This document shows, one piece after another, positions 13,269 to 27,999 of a DNA stretch of 64,000 bases (positions are counted from its first letter, which is position 1; the number at the start of each line of letters is the position of its first letter). The stretch covers positions 232,438,001-232,502,000 of the forward strand of contig OZ024740.1 of the NCBI GenBank assembly GCA_964016885.1. Direction: 5' to 3'. Made by a program: the position numbers and the translations under genes. A model generated the notes under the pieces. It was not told the origin of the DNA. It worked only from the letters and a program-made list of their open reading frames with translations, and searched no databases. Source of the stretch: Eledone cirrhosa (lineage: Eukaryota).

Positions 13269-16124
13269 ATGACCTCACTCAGAATAGGCAGCATAAATGC
13301 GCGTGGCTTGGAGTCGTCATGGAAGCAGGGCCACCTGCTCAACGACCTCAGGTCACTAAACATAGATGTAGTGGCCATCAGCGAAACCAGAATCTCCGAA
13401 GCACGGGCCTTCACACCGATCTTCGGCGGCTACAATGTGTACGCATCTCCCAGCCGTCCTGGATCGGGGGGAGGAGTTGCTGTGCTTTTTCGGAGAGGTT
13501 TGGATCTCATCATACAGGCCATCTTCCTGGACCCAGGATATAAGTTGGTGGTGCTGGATGTGACCAGCGGAGACGGGCAAGCTTTCAGGCTAGTGGCCGT
13601 CTATGCCCCGACAGGTGAGTCCACTAGGTTTAGTAAGGCTTTAGCAATAGAGAAAAACAGAGCAGAGGGAGAACTAGTTAGAAAATTAGACGAGGCGCTT
13701 AGCAAAGGCATCGCGACTGACGTACTTGCGGCGAAATTGGCCCTTGACCAATTCTTCTATGTAAAGCACGAAGGCTGCGTTGTCAGAGCTAGGGTGCGTG
13801 CTCTCAGACACGAGGGGACGAAAGCCGTTCAATGGACCCGAGTGGTGGAGGCGCGTTGTGGCAACAAATCCACGATCCGGTCTTTGGTGGACCACGACGG
13901 GCACATGCTACTCGATACCAGGAAGATGTGTGAAGCTTTTCAGCGACACTTCGCACAGCTGTTCGGGGGCAGCGGCGGGCCGGATCGAGTGACGAACTTT
14001 AGTGTCTACCTCGACGGACTGCCGCGGCTCTCGGCCACTGAGGCGGAGTGTTGCGAAAAGCCGATAACAGCCGCTGAAGTACGGGAGGCAATGACAAGCT
14101 GCACTAGGGGTAAATCGCCTGGTTTGGATGGTCTGCCTTATGAACTTTACGTACAGATGCCAGACTTGTTCGGAGGCCACTTGGCGGACGTTTACTGCAA
14201 CTGGCAACAGAACTGGAGAATTCCCAGCTCTGTGAGTTGAGGAGCTGTGGCGCTGCTGAGAAAGGATCCGAACAAGGGGGATAACAGATAATTTGAGGCC
14301 CATAACTCTGCTAAACACAGAGTTCAAGATTTTGGCCAAGGTGTTAGCAAAGAGGTTGGCGCTTGTCGTTGGTGGTCTGGTGGGAGAGGCGCAGACATGC
14401 GCCATTCCCGACTGATCCATCCACGACAACCTTCACCCCATGCGATACATCGTAGAGAGGGTAGCTAAGGAAACTGGCACGGGTGGGTCCTTGATCAATT
14501 TTGATTAGTCGAAAGCTTTTGATAGGGCCGACCATCGTTACCCAGAGGCTGGATCGCTGCCATGCACATCGACATCTGCTCTGTGGTGAGAGTGAACGGT
14601 CACCTTTCGGAATCGTTCAACATCATGCGCTCGGTCCGCCAAGGATGTCCCCTCTCGTCCCTCTTGTACGTATTGACTCTCGAGCCATTACTGCACAAAC
14701 TGGAGACGTTGAGGGGCGTCCCGCGCGATCTAGGATGCGGAAGATCCGTGTCAGCATATGCGGACGATGTCACCGTAGTGGTATCGAACGCCAAACAAAT
14801 CGAGGCGATCGGCACTACACTAAGAGAATACGAAGCGGTGACAGGAGCAATGATCAACCAGGAAAAGTCAGTGGGCCTGCAGCTCGGCAACTGGAGAAGC
14901 AGGTCCATGCCGTCCAACAGCGTCGTCGGACGCTGGACGGACGGAACGGTTAAATTGCTAGGGATCTGGTTCGGTCCGGACTTCCAGACGAACAAAAACT
15001 GGGACGAGGTGAAGTGCAGGGTGGCTTCTCTCACCCAGAAATGGGCGGAGACGAAGCTATCCCTGAAAGGTCGAGCGGAGGTGGCTAACGCGTACATCGC
15101 ATCTGTCATCTGCTACCGCCTGACCATCGTACCTTGTCCTAAGCCCCGCCTGACTGCGCTGGAACGTTTGCTCTTTCGCTTTTTGTGGAAGGGACGCGCT
15201 CCGATGGTCAGGATATCCATCTGCTGTCAACACCCGCTACGTGGAGGGCTTGGAATGCCGTGGCTGATGATGCGCAGACACGCGCTCAGGCTACGACATC
15301 TCCACCTCTTCCTCGACGGTAATCAGGTGTGGTCGCCGTTTGCTAGACACGTATTTCCCCAGCTCGTTTCCTTGACGGAGCTGCAGTCCTGGGTCAAGCG
15401 AAGACGAAGAGGGAGCGCCTGGAGACTGGAATGTCTTCAGGCGCTCACAGCCCTCGACCAATCGGGCAATGCGATCGGTAGAAACTCCACCTCGGCGTTC
15501 TATAGAGGATTAGTGGAGGAGAAGAGCGACGACGTACTTGGGGAAACTCTAGGCGTCGACGAAAATCAACTAGCCAATCTCTTCGGAAGAACTTTCGGGC
15601 CGGGACCTATGGACAACTTCCAGAAATCTCTGGCCTGGCAGTGCTACCGAGGAGCCTTGCCAGTTCGGGATAAACTCTACAGGCATGGAGGTGCCGTCAG
15701 TCGGGCATGTCCGAGATGCGCGCAGGGCGACAAAACCATCCTGCACGCACTCGTCCAGTGTCCGAAAATTGCTGACTTGTGGGTTTATGTCGAACACCTG
15801 CTGTCGCGTGTAGGACGGATCCGGCTATCATCTGAGTCCATCGTGAGGATTGCCCCGCCCTCTTCCTTTAGCCGGGAAGGGCAGGCAGTTTTTATCTGTC
15901 TGGTGGCCATGGCGAAAGAGATAGTATGGTGGACACGTTTGAAAGGGCTGAAGACGAGCACTTACCTCTTTGGTGATGCCCTGATTGACTTTTTCAAATT
16001 TCATTTGAAAAGGAAAATCAGAGTAGAGAGGAAAGTGCTCTCTTCCCAGCATTTTGTGGAAAGATGGGTGAGAGAAGCAAGAATGGCCCGAGTGAATGGG
16101 CCTACTCTGAGTACGTATCTGTAA
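13269..16124 (+). pseudogene. Tx1 ORF2 (APE-RT), with stops, frameshifts and internal deletions
   Basis: SINARGL, ISETR, VYAP, KSPGLDGLPYELY, VRQGCPLS, AYADD, CPRC..H..C. Stop at 14238; about 500 bp of APE missing at about 13616 relative to copy B. Confidence 0.93.
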
Positions 16125-16397
16125 ATTAAAGGTGGAAAACTGGGAGAGGGCACTTGCCTAGGTAGTCAGGGTCACTGTGGCCTTTTACTGGGCTTTCTCC
16201 ACAAATGTCCCTCCGAAGTCTCCCCCCTATTGGGGAATTTTTCATTGTTTTTTTTTGTTACATCCTCTGTTTTTGTTTTTTTACACGCAGAAATACCCAT
16301 TTGTACCGTCCTGTATTGTCCTGCACTGTCCTTAATGTCTACTTTATGTAAACCCTTGTGGTTAATAAAGAAATCATTATTATCATTATTATTATCA

Positions 16398-16577
16398 CGG
16401 TGAATTGGCAGTATCGGTAGGCTTGGACGCCATGCTTTCTAGCATAGTTACGTCCCTTTACGGTATGAGTTCAAATCCCGCCGAGATTAACTTTGCCTTT
16501 CATCCTAACGGGGTCGATAAAATAAAGTACCAGTAATGTACTGGGTTATTGCTGGCCTTGTGCCAAAAGTAGAAACA
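16398..16577 (+). mobile_element. Full-length SINE inserted in the Tx1 (ATT)n tail
   Basis: 13-bp direct repeat ATTATTATTATCA at 16385-16397 and 16578-16590. Confidence 0.9.
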
Positions 16578-16798
16578 ATTATTATTATCATGTTTTCAAA
16601 AAAAAACTCACTTATCATTATTATTGATTCACTCTATTCGTGATATTTTTGCAATAAAAAAAGTAGTAATTATCATTACTATTAATTATTATTATTCATG
16701 TTTCTAAAGCAATTGATGGTAGTGATGATGTTTACTGTGTACCCTGCAGCAGTAATAGAGAAGACATTTCTGGAAATTCATTTTAGTTTACTTCGAAG

Positions 16799-17741
<943 letters not shown>

Positions 17742-17743
17742 TA

Positions 17744-18800
17744 CAGGGGTTGGACAAAATAATGGAAACACCTTAAAATTTCAAACAAATTTATTTTAAT
17801 ATGGGGTAGGACCGCCTTTGGCAGTAATTACAGCTTGAATTCTACGAGGTATGGACTCGTACAAAGTTTGAATTGTTTCCAAAGGAATTTTTGTCCATTC
17901 TTCAGCTAAAACAGTCTCCAGTTCTTGTAGTGATGATGGTGGAGGATATCGACTCCTTACTTGTTTTTTTAAAATGCACCATAAATGTTCAATAATATTG
18001 AGATCTGGGGACTGTGGTGGCCAGATAAGATGTTCAACTTCACTAGAATGTTCCTCGTGCCATTCAGTAACAACTTTACTGAATTGGTGAATTGGTGTAT
18101 TATGAACCTGAAAGATTGCGTTTCTCTCCGGAAACAGTTCTGCAACCATAGGGTGAATTTGATCAGATAAAATGCTTAAATCGTCTTGACTATTAATTCT
18201 GCCATGAAGGGAAACCATTGGGCCAGAGGGTTTCCAAGATATAGCCCAATATCATCACAGATCCTCCTCCATGTTTAACAGTTGGAAGAAGGCAGTCTGG
18301 GTCAAATGCTTCTTTTGGCTGTCTCCACACGTATGCTCGACCAGTGGTCGGAAATAAGGTAAAGGATGACTCGTCCGAGAAAATAACATTCTTCCACTGC
18401 TCTAGGGACCAATTCTGTAGGTTTTTACTCCACTCTAAACTCTTTGCAACGTTTGTTTTTGAAAGTAGTAGTTTTCTGATTGCAGCCCTCTCGTGAATTC
18501 CGGCTTTGTGCAGCTCCCGGCGAACAATTTTTGTGGAAACTGGGTTCTCGAGGTGGTCATTAAGCTCTGCAGTAATTTTGGGAGCTGTACCTTTGTGATC
18601 CTTTCTAACAATTCGCGTAAGAGTCCGACGGTCCCTATCTGAAAGTTTTGGTTTTCTTAAGGAGTTTTGTTTCGACGAGGAGGTTTTTCCCTCTTTCTCA
18701 AAGGCTGTCATTACTTTCGAGACAGTACTTCTTGATATACCAAACATTTCGGCTGTTTTCGTTACGCTAGCGCCTGCCATACGAACACCAACAAGTATCA
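17744..18800 (-). mobile_element. Tc1-family DNA transposon, one TIR only, frameshifted transposase
   Basis: TA|CAGGGGTTGGACAAAATAATGGAAACACC end inside (TA)n. Motifs FGISRSTVSKV (HTH), VIFSDES, TVKHGGGSVM, FQVHNTPIH (second catalytic Asp mutated), WPPQSPDLNIIEHLW and KGGPTPY. Confidence 0.93.
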
Positions 18801-19639
18801 GCTGTACTAAGAGTGAGAAATGAAATTTCATTTTTTCCATTTATCGTTTTATAAATATAATTTCAGCGAGATCGGATTTCGGATGTGATCGAAAACAAAG
18901 CGAAACGCAATATCCGAGTTATGCTGGGCAAGCGCTCCATGGACCAAATAAATACCAGAGCAATAAATATATATATATATATTCATATTTACAAATATAT
19001 TTATATACGTTAAGACATGTTTAATGCCTTTAGTTAAAGATACGCATTCAAGTATAAATACTCAGACTAAAAAATATTACTCCATATTATTAGATGAATA
19101 AAAAATAAGAATAGAAATGAATTTACATCAATGATACCAAATAATTGAAGATATAAAGAAATATAGGCATTTATTGAGAATAGATATTAAATTAAATGTT
19201 GATTTAGGTAATACTGTCATTGAATAACAAACATAACTTTGGATAATCTAGTTCTAAATATTCATTTCCTTAAAATAAAATGAAAAAAAAAAAGAAATGT
19301 TTTTTGTGGAATGGTTTCAACACATCTGCTCTGTTTGGGAAGATCTGGGAATACAAAAAAACAAGCTAAATCATTAGCTTGTTTTAATAGATTTACAGCT
19401 GTAACAAAAAAAAAAATGATTTTAATTTGATAGAATTTTTTTTTACAAAATATTTTACAAAATTTACAGTTAGTGGTAACATTTTAGCTGCCTCTTTTAC
19501 CATTATATTCTTTACGTTGAGACTGACAAATGTCACGGGGGTTGGAGAACTTATGGTAGAATGAAAACTACGTTTATTTAAGCAAAAGGAATAAATTAAT
19601 ACAAATTGTCTCTAAACTGTTTATAGTCTTCTATTAATG

Positions 19640-20700
19640 ATAATACTTAAAGTTATGATCATGATCATGTTATTGTTGTTGTTGTTGGTGGTGGTGCTGG
19701 AAGTTACGGTAGCAGTTTTGTTTCAATGCTAATAACTGCAATGATTTTGTTATTGATTAGCCTTCGGTCAGCCTTAATCGAACATATCAATGAGCAAAGG
19801 CATTCAAGCCCTGATCCTCCCGATGTTTCCTTCAGACATTTCCTTATTTAAAAGAGAATGTGATTTGAGGGAATATTTAACTGCTTTCTCAAGATGTATA
19901 AGTGACTATATAAATACTTACCCATTACCTCATATTTGCAGTGCTGTTCACCTTTAGGCCATACCTATGATTAACGGCGTTCCTGTTGTGACCAACTCTT
20001 CTCGTATAAATCTGAATATATATTATTCAATGGGTTCTTATAAAAAGTGGTAAGGTCTTTTTTGAAGGAAATTTGACTACTATTTCTATCACATGTAATG
20101 GCTCTCACATTTTTGTAGTGGCGGTTGTCATTATTATGTTGCTGAAGGCCATGGTGATGACTTGCTGATAATCGGGATGGTGGCTGTAACAGTTGTGGTA
20201 CCATTTATGGTAATGTGAGTTATGACAGGTATGGCACTAGTGGGAAGGCTGGTCATGATGATGGTAGTGTTAGCAGCTGTGATGATGTCAATGATAATTC
20301 TCGTACCGCTGTTGGTAGTAGTTGTTCTCATGCTAGTTGAGATGACTGTGAAACTGGAAGCTGTGATTATGTTGGTACTGGAGGTCGTAATGGCGTTGTT
20401 TCAGGTGGTTGTAACAAGAGTATTGGTTGTGACGCTGGTGATTCAACGGCGACCAAGGAATTGTGGGGCCAATATTTGTTAATTGTAGATGGTGCTTGTG
20501 TTTGTGATAATGTTTATCATGCCGAGGTACTGCCAATTGTAATCAAGTACTAAGTGGCTGCAATGGTGTAGTAATTTTAGTAATGCTAATGATTGTGACA
20601 CTGTTTCAATAGCAGACGTGATGTTTGTGGTGCTGGTGTCTATACAGGTGTTTTTTTGTTTTGTTTTTATTTCCATGGTTGTTGTTTAACGCTACCGATG
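19640..20700. repeat. Decayed GTT/GAT/GGT low-complexity DNA
   Basis: Periodic GNT triplets that produce Val/Thr-rich spurious ORFs. Confidence 0.6.
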
Positions 20701-20796
20701 TTTATAACTCATTTGGGATTAGATGTGGCAATGTGCCTTATTTTTTAAGACGGTAGAATGTGAATTATGGGAAATTTTACAGTTAAATTTAGCAGT

Positions 20797-21430
20797 AGTC
20801 ATCATCATCATCAACTGGTGGCCTCAGCCGAAATGGACTCAACAATTGATCTCCACGTGGGTCTGTCGTTCATTGCCGTTGCCAAGTCCTGTATTTCAAT
20901 CTCTGAAGATGACATCGGGGTAGGAGAGCTCGCGGTCCCTGTTATTAGTGACTGCTTGTGGTTTCCAAAGCACTAATGGGGATACAGCCTTGTATGTGGC
21001 ACGATGGTAGTGACCAGCAAATCTTACTCTCCTCTTACGTACGACAGATATGCGTGGGAGGCCGGCATATATCTCTCTCAAAGTCAGATGTCGCCAGCTT
21101 ATGTTCTGAATGCGCTGAAGCAGGCGAGTGTAAGTGCCAGCAAGATGCTTTTGTTGTTTGGATGAAAGCGTCCATGTTTCACTTCATATACCAAGATTGG
21201 TTGAACTGTTACTTGGAAGAGTAAGATCTTGGTGTGATTGGAAAGATCTGAGCGCCAATCTCTTTCCATCTTGTTGCAAGCTGACCATGCTTGGGCCTTT
21301 CTGGCGGCGAAATCCTTCTCAGAGTCCATGATCCAAGACCCAAGATACTTGAAATCCTTGACTTGCTTGATATCACTGCTGTTGATGCTGTTGCCTGTTA
21401 GCAATAGTTCTCTAGGTGACTCGTACAAAT
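20797..21430 (-). mobile_element. 3' fragment of an RTE-like LINE with (TGA)n tail
   Basis: QVKDFKYLGSWI, RKAQAWSACNKM, LFQVTVQPILVY, RRVRFAGH; (CAT)n at 20800-20812. Confidence 0.85.
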
Positions 21431-21477
21431 AAACCATTGTAATAGCTGTGTACTGGATATGAGTTGTTGCGATAGTG

Positions 21478-21993
21478 ATTATGACACAGTGGGTAACAGT
21501 GAAATTGTTGGTAAGTGTTGGTGTTATGGTTATTGTTACTTACCTACGTCAGCCCTGATCGAGTAGAGTTATGGTTAAAATCATTCGCAGATGGCCAAAC
21601 ACTTTGAACTAAATGAACTAAATTTTTCTATGTATTACTCTAGGATTTGATTTTTTTAAAAAGGTAGCTGCGCTTCCTTACAGGTTTAACAACCATGTAG
21701 GGATTCCCCTACTACTGTAGACTGCCCAACATAACATTATGACACAGTGGGTAGCAGTGAAATTGTTGGTAAGTGTTGGTGTTATGGTTATCGTTACTTA
21801 CCTACGTCAGCCCTGATCGAGTAGAGTTATGGTTAAAATCATTCGCAGATGGCCAAACACTGAACTAAATCAACTAAATGTTTCTATGTATCACTGTAGG
21901 ATTTGATTTTTTTAAAAAGGTATCTGCGCTTCCTTAAAGGTTTAACTACCATGTAGGGATTCCCCTGCTACTGTAGACTACCCAACATAACAT
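21478..21993. repeat. Tandem duplication, unit about 258 bp
   Basis: ATTATGACACAGTGGGTA...CCCAACATAAC occurs twice with few mismatches. Confidence 0.92.
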
Positions 21994-22167
21994 CATTCAT
22001 TTCTTTTGTTGTGACCATTTGTTTTTCTATCTCCTACACATTGCCCCTCGCCCTTCATCGTTTAGTAAATTTGCCTGCTACGACCCATGCATTGCCTTGT
22101 GATCTCCCTTCACTTTTACTTATCCTTTTTTATTCTCTCACTCTCTCTCCCTCTCTCTTTCAGTCTC

Positions 22168-22221
<54 letters not shown>

Positions 22222-23539
22222 TTCTCTCTCTCACTCACTCTCTCTCACTCTATCACTCTTCCCACCACTCTCAAATACACACTACATTTAATCTATTTTT
22301 TCGGTACCATCACAAAACATTTAATTTATATCCACAGATGAAATGTTTTGCTCCGCTTCCTCACCTCAAACAATTTATTGCAATGTTGAACTGTTCGTAC
22401 TCATTGTTTGCCAACATTGATCAACATTATTTCCCTCGGATCATACTGTTTACATTTTCCATTTTGTTTCCTTTATTTTTAAGAGTCTAGGGTGAAGATT
22501 ATGGGAAAGCAACGGGATAGAGGCTGATAGGTTGTTGCTAACATTTAGCTTCAGGTCAGCTCCGTTCAAGCAGACATCGTTTTCCTGTGTTCTGAGCCGT
22601 AGGACATTTCTTTCCAATGTATCTTTTTTCTAATATGGTAGGAGTGTGGTTTGAGGTAGACGTGGCTGCTATTACTATAAATTAGGCAATAGCATACGCT
22701 CATATTCCTGATCGTTACCAACAATGGTGGACTTGATGTTATTGTTGCATTTACGAGTAGCAGCATCTTGTCCTGCCGTAAATGTAGGACTATTCACTCT
22801 CTTGTAAATATTCGGGCCAAATATCCCTTTGTCTCTCTCTACCACTGCTTTTAACTATTGCACTTTTTATCCCTCCCTCTCTACCTTAAACACTCCCTCT
22901 CTCACTCCATTACTGCTTCCCACCATCCCAGCAGTCATAAATACTTTAAAAAAGGTCATGGGCACTATCTCTTCCCTTTCTGACTAAACAAACCACCACC
23001 CCACCCCCTAAAAAAAGACTGATGTTAAAGGATTTATTTTTTTGCGAGCTGGCTTTATTTGTAAATATTTCCTTATAATAGACGTTCTAATTGTTACACT
23101 TCATGTTAGTGATAATGATGTTTGTGGTCATGTTACACGTTATTACTGGAGTATGTCAGTTTGTGGTGTGTGTATGTGTGTGGTAGGATTGTGTGTGTAT
23201 GCGTGTGTTTCCTCGTTAAGAAACATCAGACTAGAGTTACAGGAGGAGGGTGTTAAGATTAATTTAGGGAATATCTCCTGGTGTTAATGTTAGATATATC
23301 ACCGATGAAACACACCAAACAATTCAAACATACATACTCTCATAAAAACAGAATACACGCATACATTCACACACACGCGCACGCATACACACATATGCAT
23401 GTACCTGTTTAAATTTCTAAATATATATGTGTTTTATATATATATATACACTTTCAGAAGATCCCCTTAACGGCGAAAGCAGCGATACTTTGCTTAAACT
23501 TTAATCTGTTATTTTAATAAATAAATATATATATATACG

Positions 23540-24015
23540 CAATGTTTAGACAAATCACAGAAACAATAAACATAAATGAACTCCAACCAAAATTAAATAG
23601 AAAACATGAATGGAATAGCAACATCACAACTTATAATTAAGGACAAAATGGAAACACACACACACTCACATAGAACAAACAACTACTAGTAACATGTAAA
23701 TAAATAAATAAACAAATAAATAAACAAATAAAAACACACACAGACACCCGGATGTAATACATGCGCAAACTAAGCACACAATACACAAAAACAAAATGGC
23801 GTAGGACAGAACAAAGAAGTGGCACAAAATAAAGAAAAGAATCCCCAGTCACCGAAGAGATCACAGAATGTGTGACGAAAGAAATTTGACAATATATGAA
23901 CAACCATCCAGTTTTAAAACCAACCAACCAGCCGGAAATCTTATAATAAATTGAAGTGAAACTCCTATAGGTGCGTGTGTTTCTTATTGGCAACATGACC
24001 CTCCCAAAGAATAAC
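23540..24015 (+). mobile_element. 3' end of a Penelope-like element (end of GIY-YIG ORF and 3' UTR)
   Basis: FRQITETININELQPKLNRKHEWN; homologous to 26225-26675 in inverted orientation. Confidence 0.7.
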
Positions 24016-24042
24016 TATATATATATATATACATAATGCTCA

Positions 24043-24154
<112 letters not shown>

Positions 24155-24200
24155 GTTTCTACATTAGACATAACAATGAGTAGGAACAATGTGTTAAAGT

Positions 24201-24254
24201 AGTGGATTGGTAGTATCGGTAGAGGGTCTGACGCCATGCTTTTCAGCAAAGAGT

Positions 24255-24256
<2 letters not shown>
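24201..24256 (+). mobile_element. SINE 5' head fragment
   Basis: GTGGATTGGTAGTATCGGTAGAGGGTCTGACGCCATGC. Confidence 0.75.
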
Positions 24257-24333
<77 letters not shown>

Positions 24334-24546
24334 TTATCTGTGTACGCTTGATTCTATGTGGATGTGGATGTAATGTGCTCGTGAATTCTCTTATACTGGT
24401 GAAGAATTAATCGCGGATAGAAAGCTGACGAAAGAAATCATTAATGTCGTAAAAGACAAACACCAGATGCCATAAACATAGATTAGTTAGACAATTATTT
24501 TGTAGCCTTGTAATCAACACTGACAAAATACGACTGCATGCAATAA

Positions 24547-24578
<32 letters not shown>

Positions 24579-25890
24579 GGCACCTCGAGTGCCTTCAGGC
24601 TCTCACAGCCCTCTACGAAGCGGAAACGGCAATTAGGGGAGACTCCACTTCGACATTCTATAGGGGATTAGTGGAGGATGAGTGCGACGACGTTCTCGGG
24701 GAAACTTTAGGCATCGAGGAAGACGAACTGACCAGTCTGTTCGGGAGGACTTTCCGTCCAGGGCCTATCGATAACTTCCAGAGGTCTCTGGCCTGCTAGT
24801 GCTACCGAGGCGCTCTACCAGTTAGAGACAAAATTCTACAGCCATGGACGCCCTGGCAGAGATCCTGCCAAAAGGACCTGTCCAAGATGCGAGCAGGACA
24901 TCGAAACCGTTCTGCACGCAATTGTTCAGTGCCCAGGGGTGACCGACCTGTGGAATCATGTCGAACAGCTACTGTCAAGTGTAGGACGCATCCAGTTGTC
25001 AGCAGAGTCCATCGTGAAGATCGCCCCACGGCCGCCTTCATTTAAGAATGAAGGAGAAGCCGTCTTCCTCTGCCTGGTGGTAATATGATGGCCGTCTTCC
25101 TCTGCCTGGTGGTAATATGATGGCCGTCTTCCTCTGCCTGGAGGTAATATGATGGACGAGGTTAAAAGGACTGAGGGCAAGCACTTTTCTCTCCGGGGCA
25201 ACAACTCATCCCCTTCTTTAAGTACCACTTCAGAAGAGTGGAGAGAGATGTGCTACACGCCAGTAAATTCGCTGAAAGGTGGGTGAATGTGGCGAAAATG
25301 GCGCGGGTGAATGGGCCTTCTCTGTATATAAACCTGTAGGTTGAGGAACATAAACAGAGGGAAGACGGGAACACCTACAAAACGTGTTCCTGGTGTTGAG
25401 GGTTGTTCTATCCACGGGGTGTAAAACAACCCCGCAGTAACGTTACCCCGCCTCTAATGGGGATTTCAATTGTTTTATTTTTATATAGTTTATTCTTATT
25501 TATCATTGTTAAAGATTGTATGTAAACCCCCGCCGTCACGTCTTGTAATGTCCCATATATGTACGCCCCTGTGGCAAATAAAGAAAGATATCTATCTATT
25601 GGGCCTTCTCTCTATATAAACCTGTAGGTTGAGGAAGACAAACGGAGGAAAGACGTGAACACCTACAAAACGTGTTCCCGGTGTTGAAGGTTGTTCTACC
25701 CACGGGGTGTAAAACAACCCCACAGTAAGGTTCCCCGCTATTGGGTATTACGATTGCTTTATTTTGTATATATTTTATTTTTATAAATTATTATTCTTAA
25801 AGATTTTATGTAAAAATCCCGCCGTCACGTCCTGTAATGTCCCATTTATATTCGCCCTTGTGGCACATAAAGAAATATATCTATCTATAT
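24579..25890 (+). mobile_element. Two 5'-truncated Tx1 copies (family D) in tandem within an (ATCT)n tract
   Basis: 24579-25339 aligns with the ORF2 C-terminus of copy A (LECLQALTAL...RWVNVAKMARVNGP). The 3' end 25312-25598 is repeated at 25600-25890. ATCT repeats flank all junctions. Confidence 0.88.
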
Positions 25891-26150
25891 GACAGTACGG
25901 CTGCCTGTTTATATAGCTGTCTATCTAACTGCCTGACTGTCTTTCTATCTAACTATCAGTCTACCTATGCGCTACATGCATCTCCCTCTCAGCTATCGAT
26001 GGAACAAAAGGATGAAGTTGGACATCTAGAAAACACATTGTGTTCATGAAGCTCTTTGCTTGGAAACAAACCGAATATTAATAATATTATGATATTATTC
26101 ATTCACGAATACATTTAGGTATCGCCCATGTTAAGAGCGAAAAAAAATGT

Positions 26151-26221
<71 letters not shown>

Positions 26222-26224
26222 CTT

Positions 26225-27130
26225 CGATGGTCATGCTGGCAATAAAAACACAGGCAACTCTTGGTTTTCACTTGAATTTATTGCAATTTTCCAGTTGGTT
26301 GGTTTAATAACCGGATGGTTTATTTCTTTATTGTCAAAGTTCTTTCGTTACCCATCTTCTGTGACCTCCTCAGTGACTAATTTGTTATTTTGTGTCTCTC
26401 ATTTGTTTTGTCCAACACCATCTTGTTTTTGTGTGCTGTGTGCTGTGTATTTTGGTTACGCATGCGTTATAAAATAGTGTGTGCATATCTTTTTTATTTT
26501 TTTTATTTGTGTGTTTATTTACTTGTCACTAATTGGTTGCTTGTTCAATATATATCTGTATGTGTCATGTTTGATTTATTAGTTTGGTTCTTATGTGTCT
26601 CTGTATGTCTTTTCTCTCCTTAATTACTAGTTTTGATGTTTTTGCTATTCCACTCATGTATTTTTTAAATTTTGGTTGACAACGATTACAGAAAATGATG
26701 AGAATAGAATTTTCCCCATGTATAGAAGAAAAGTTTGGAATAAGATAGAAAAAATTAAGAAGTCAACTCATAATATTACAGCAATGAATACCAGAGTGTA
26801 ATGTTCATCAATGCAACTGCCAAGGCGAACTAGTTTACATATTTAGAAGGAGTCAAGACAAACTAAAATTAAATATTTAGATAGATGAAAAAACATGTAT
26901 TCCCATAAAAGATTTAATTAGTAGAGCATATCTCCTTGAAAAAAAAAACAAAAAAACTTATACTTATAGGAAATGCATAGTCTGCATATTAAGCCCACAA
27001 TTTAACTGCAAAACTAGGAACATAGTTTATAGCATAAGATGTACGGAGGGACAATGTAGGAATAGGAAGACAACTTACATAGGTGAGACAGTCCGCAGCA
27101 TAGGAGAAAGTATAAATGAACCCTGGCGAG
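26225..27130. mobile_element. Penelope-like remnant: inverted 3' end (26225-26675, minus) joined to a plus-strand GIY-YIG fragment (26680-27130)
   Basis: Plus strand encodes NCKTRNIVYSI and TTYIGETVRSIGE, homologous to the element at 5561-6665. Confidence 0.78.
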
Positions 27131-27421
27131 AACTCCAGGATGGGAAGAACTGATCCCAGCTTTTATTCTCTCCTCTCTCCTCTCTCTCTCTATACATCTC
27201 TCATTCCTCATCATACGCTTTAAACTCTGTTTCTTTCATACTATCCATCTCTCCCTTCTTCTCTTACCGTTCTTCAGCTTATATGAGATTATATTTTAAT
27301 CTGACCCTTTGCGATGCATAATAGCAGCTGGCTGTTTTACAGCTATTTCAGCGTTTGAGATTCCTGCAATTTTATGGAAATTCTTCTACACTCTTTCACT
27401 CCAATTGATTTCAAGCATGTT

Positions 27422-27564
<143 letters not shown>

Positions 27565-27999
27565 CAATGTGTGTGTCTCTATGGCTGTGATTACGTTTGT
27601 GTCCGTTATTATGTCCCGTAACTGAATAATTCGATAAAAAAGATTGATAAAATAAGTATTTAAAACTGGAATTGAACAAAACAAACAATGGATCGATAAG
27701 ACTAACTGCTTCCCTTGAATCTGATCCCACCGCATGCCCAAGTACTAATGAATGAAATTAGTACAAGAATAACAGAAAGAATGGGAAAATGTTTATAATA
27801 GTAAAAACAATTAACAATTAATATGAGGTGATAGTTATTAAATTATTTTTTAAATAAAAGTTACTATAGTTTTTGGTAGAGCTGTTTTGCTAGAGAACGG
27901 GTCGCAGTTCGCAGATAGCGATATGGCCTCCAGATATGAGGGCCATATAAAATGACACATGCCGGATGAATCAACAACGGACGAATATACAGTGGTGAG

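Larger units (their letters stand above)
12128..16396 (+). mobile_element. Tx1/L1-clade LINE (copy A), 5' truncated and inactivated
   Basis: ORF1 with CCHC knuckle, ORF2 with APE, RT and C-terminal Cys motif, 3' UTR ending CCCTTGTGGTTAATAAAGAAATC(ATT)n. Confidence 0.95.

Noticed and set aside
13605-13630. APE deletion in Tx1 copy A as a splicing product
   Set aside because: The junction ACAGGTGAGTC does not match removal of a GT-AG intron when compared with copy B; an ordinary deletion is more likely.
25059-25154. 32-bp unit repeated three times
   Set aside because: Local slippage duplication inside a dead Tx1 ORF2; no spacers or sign of function.
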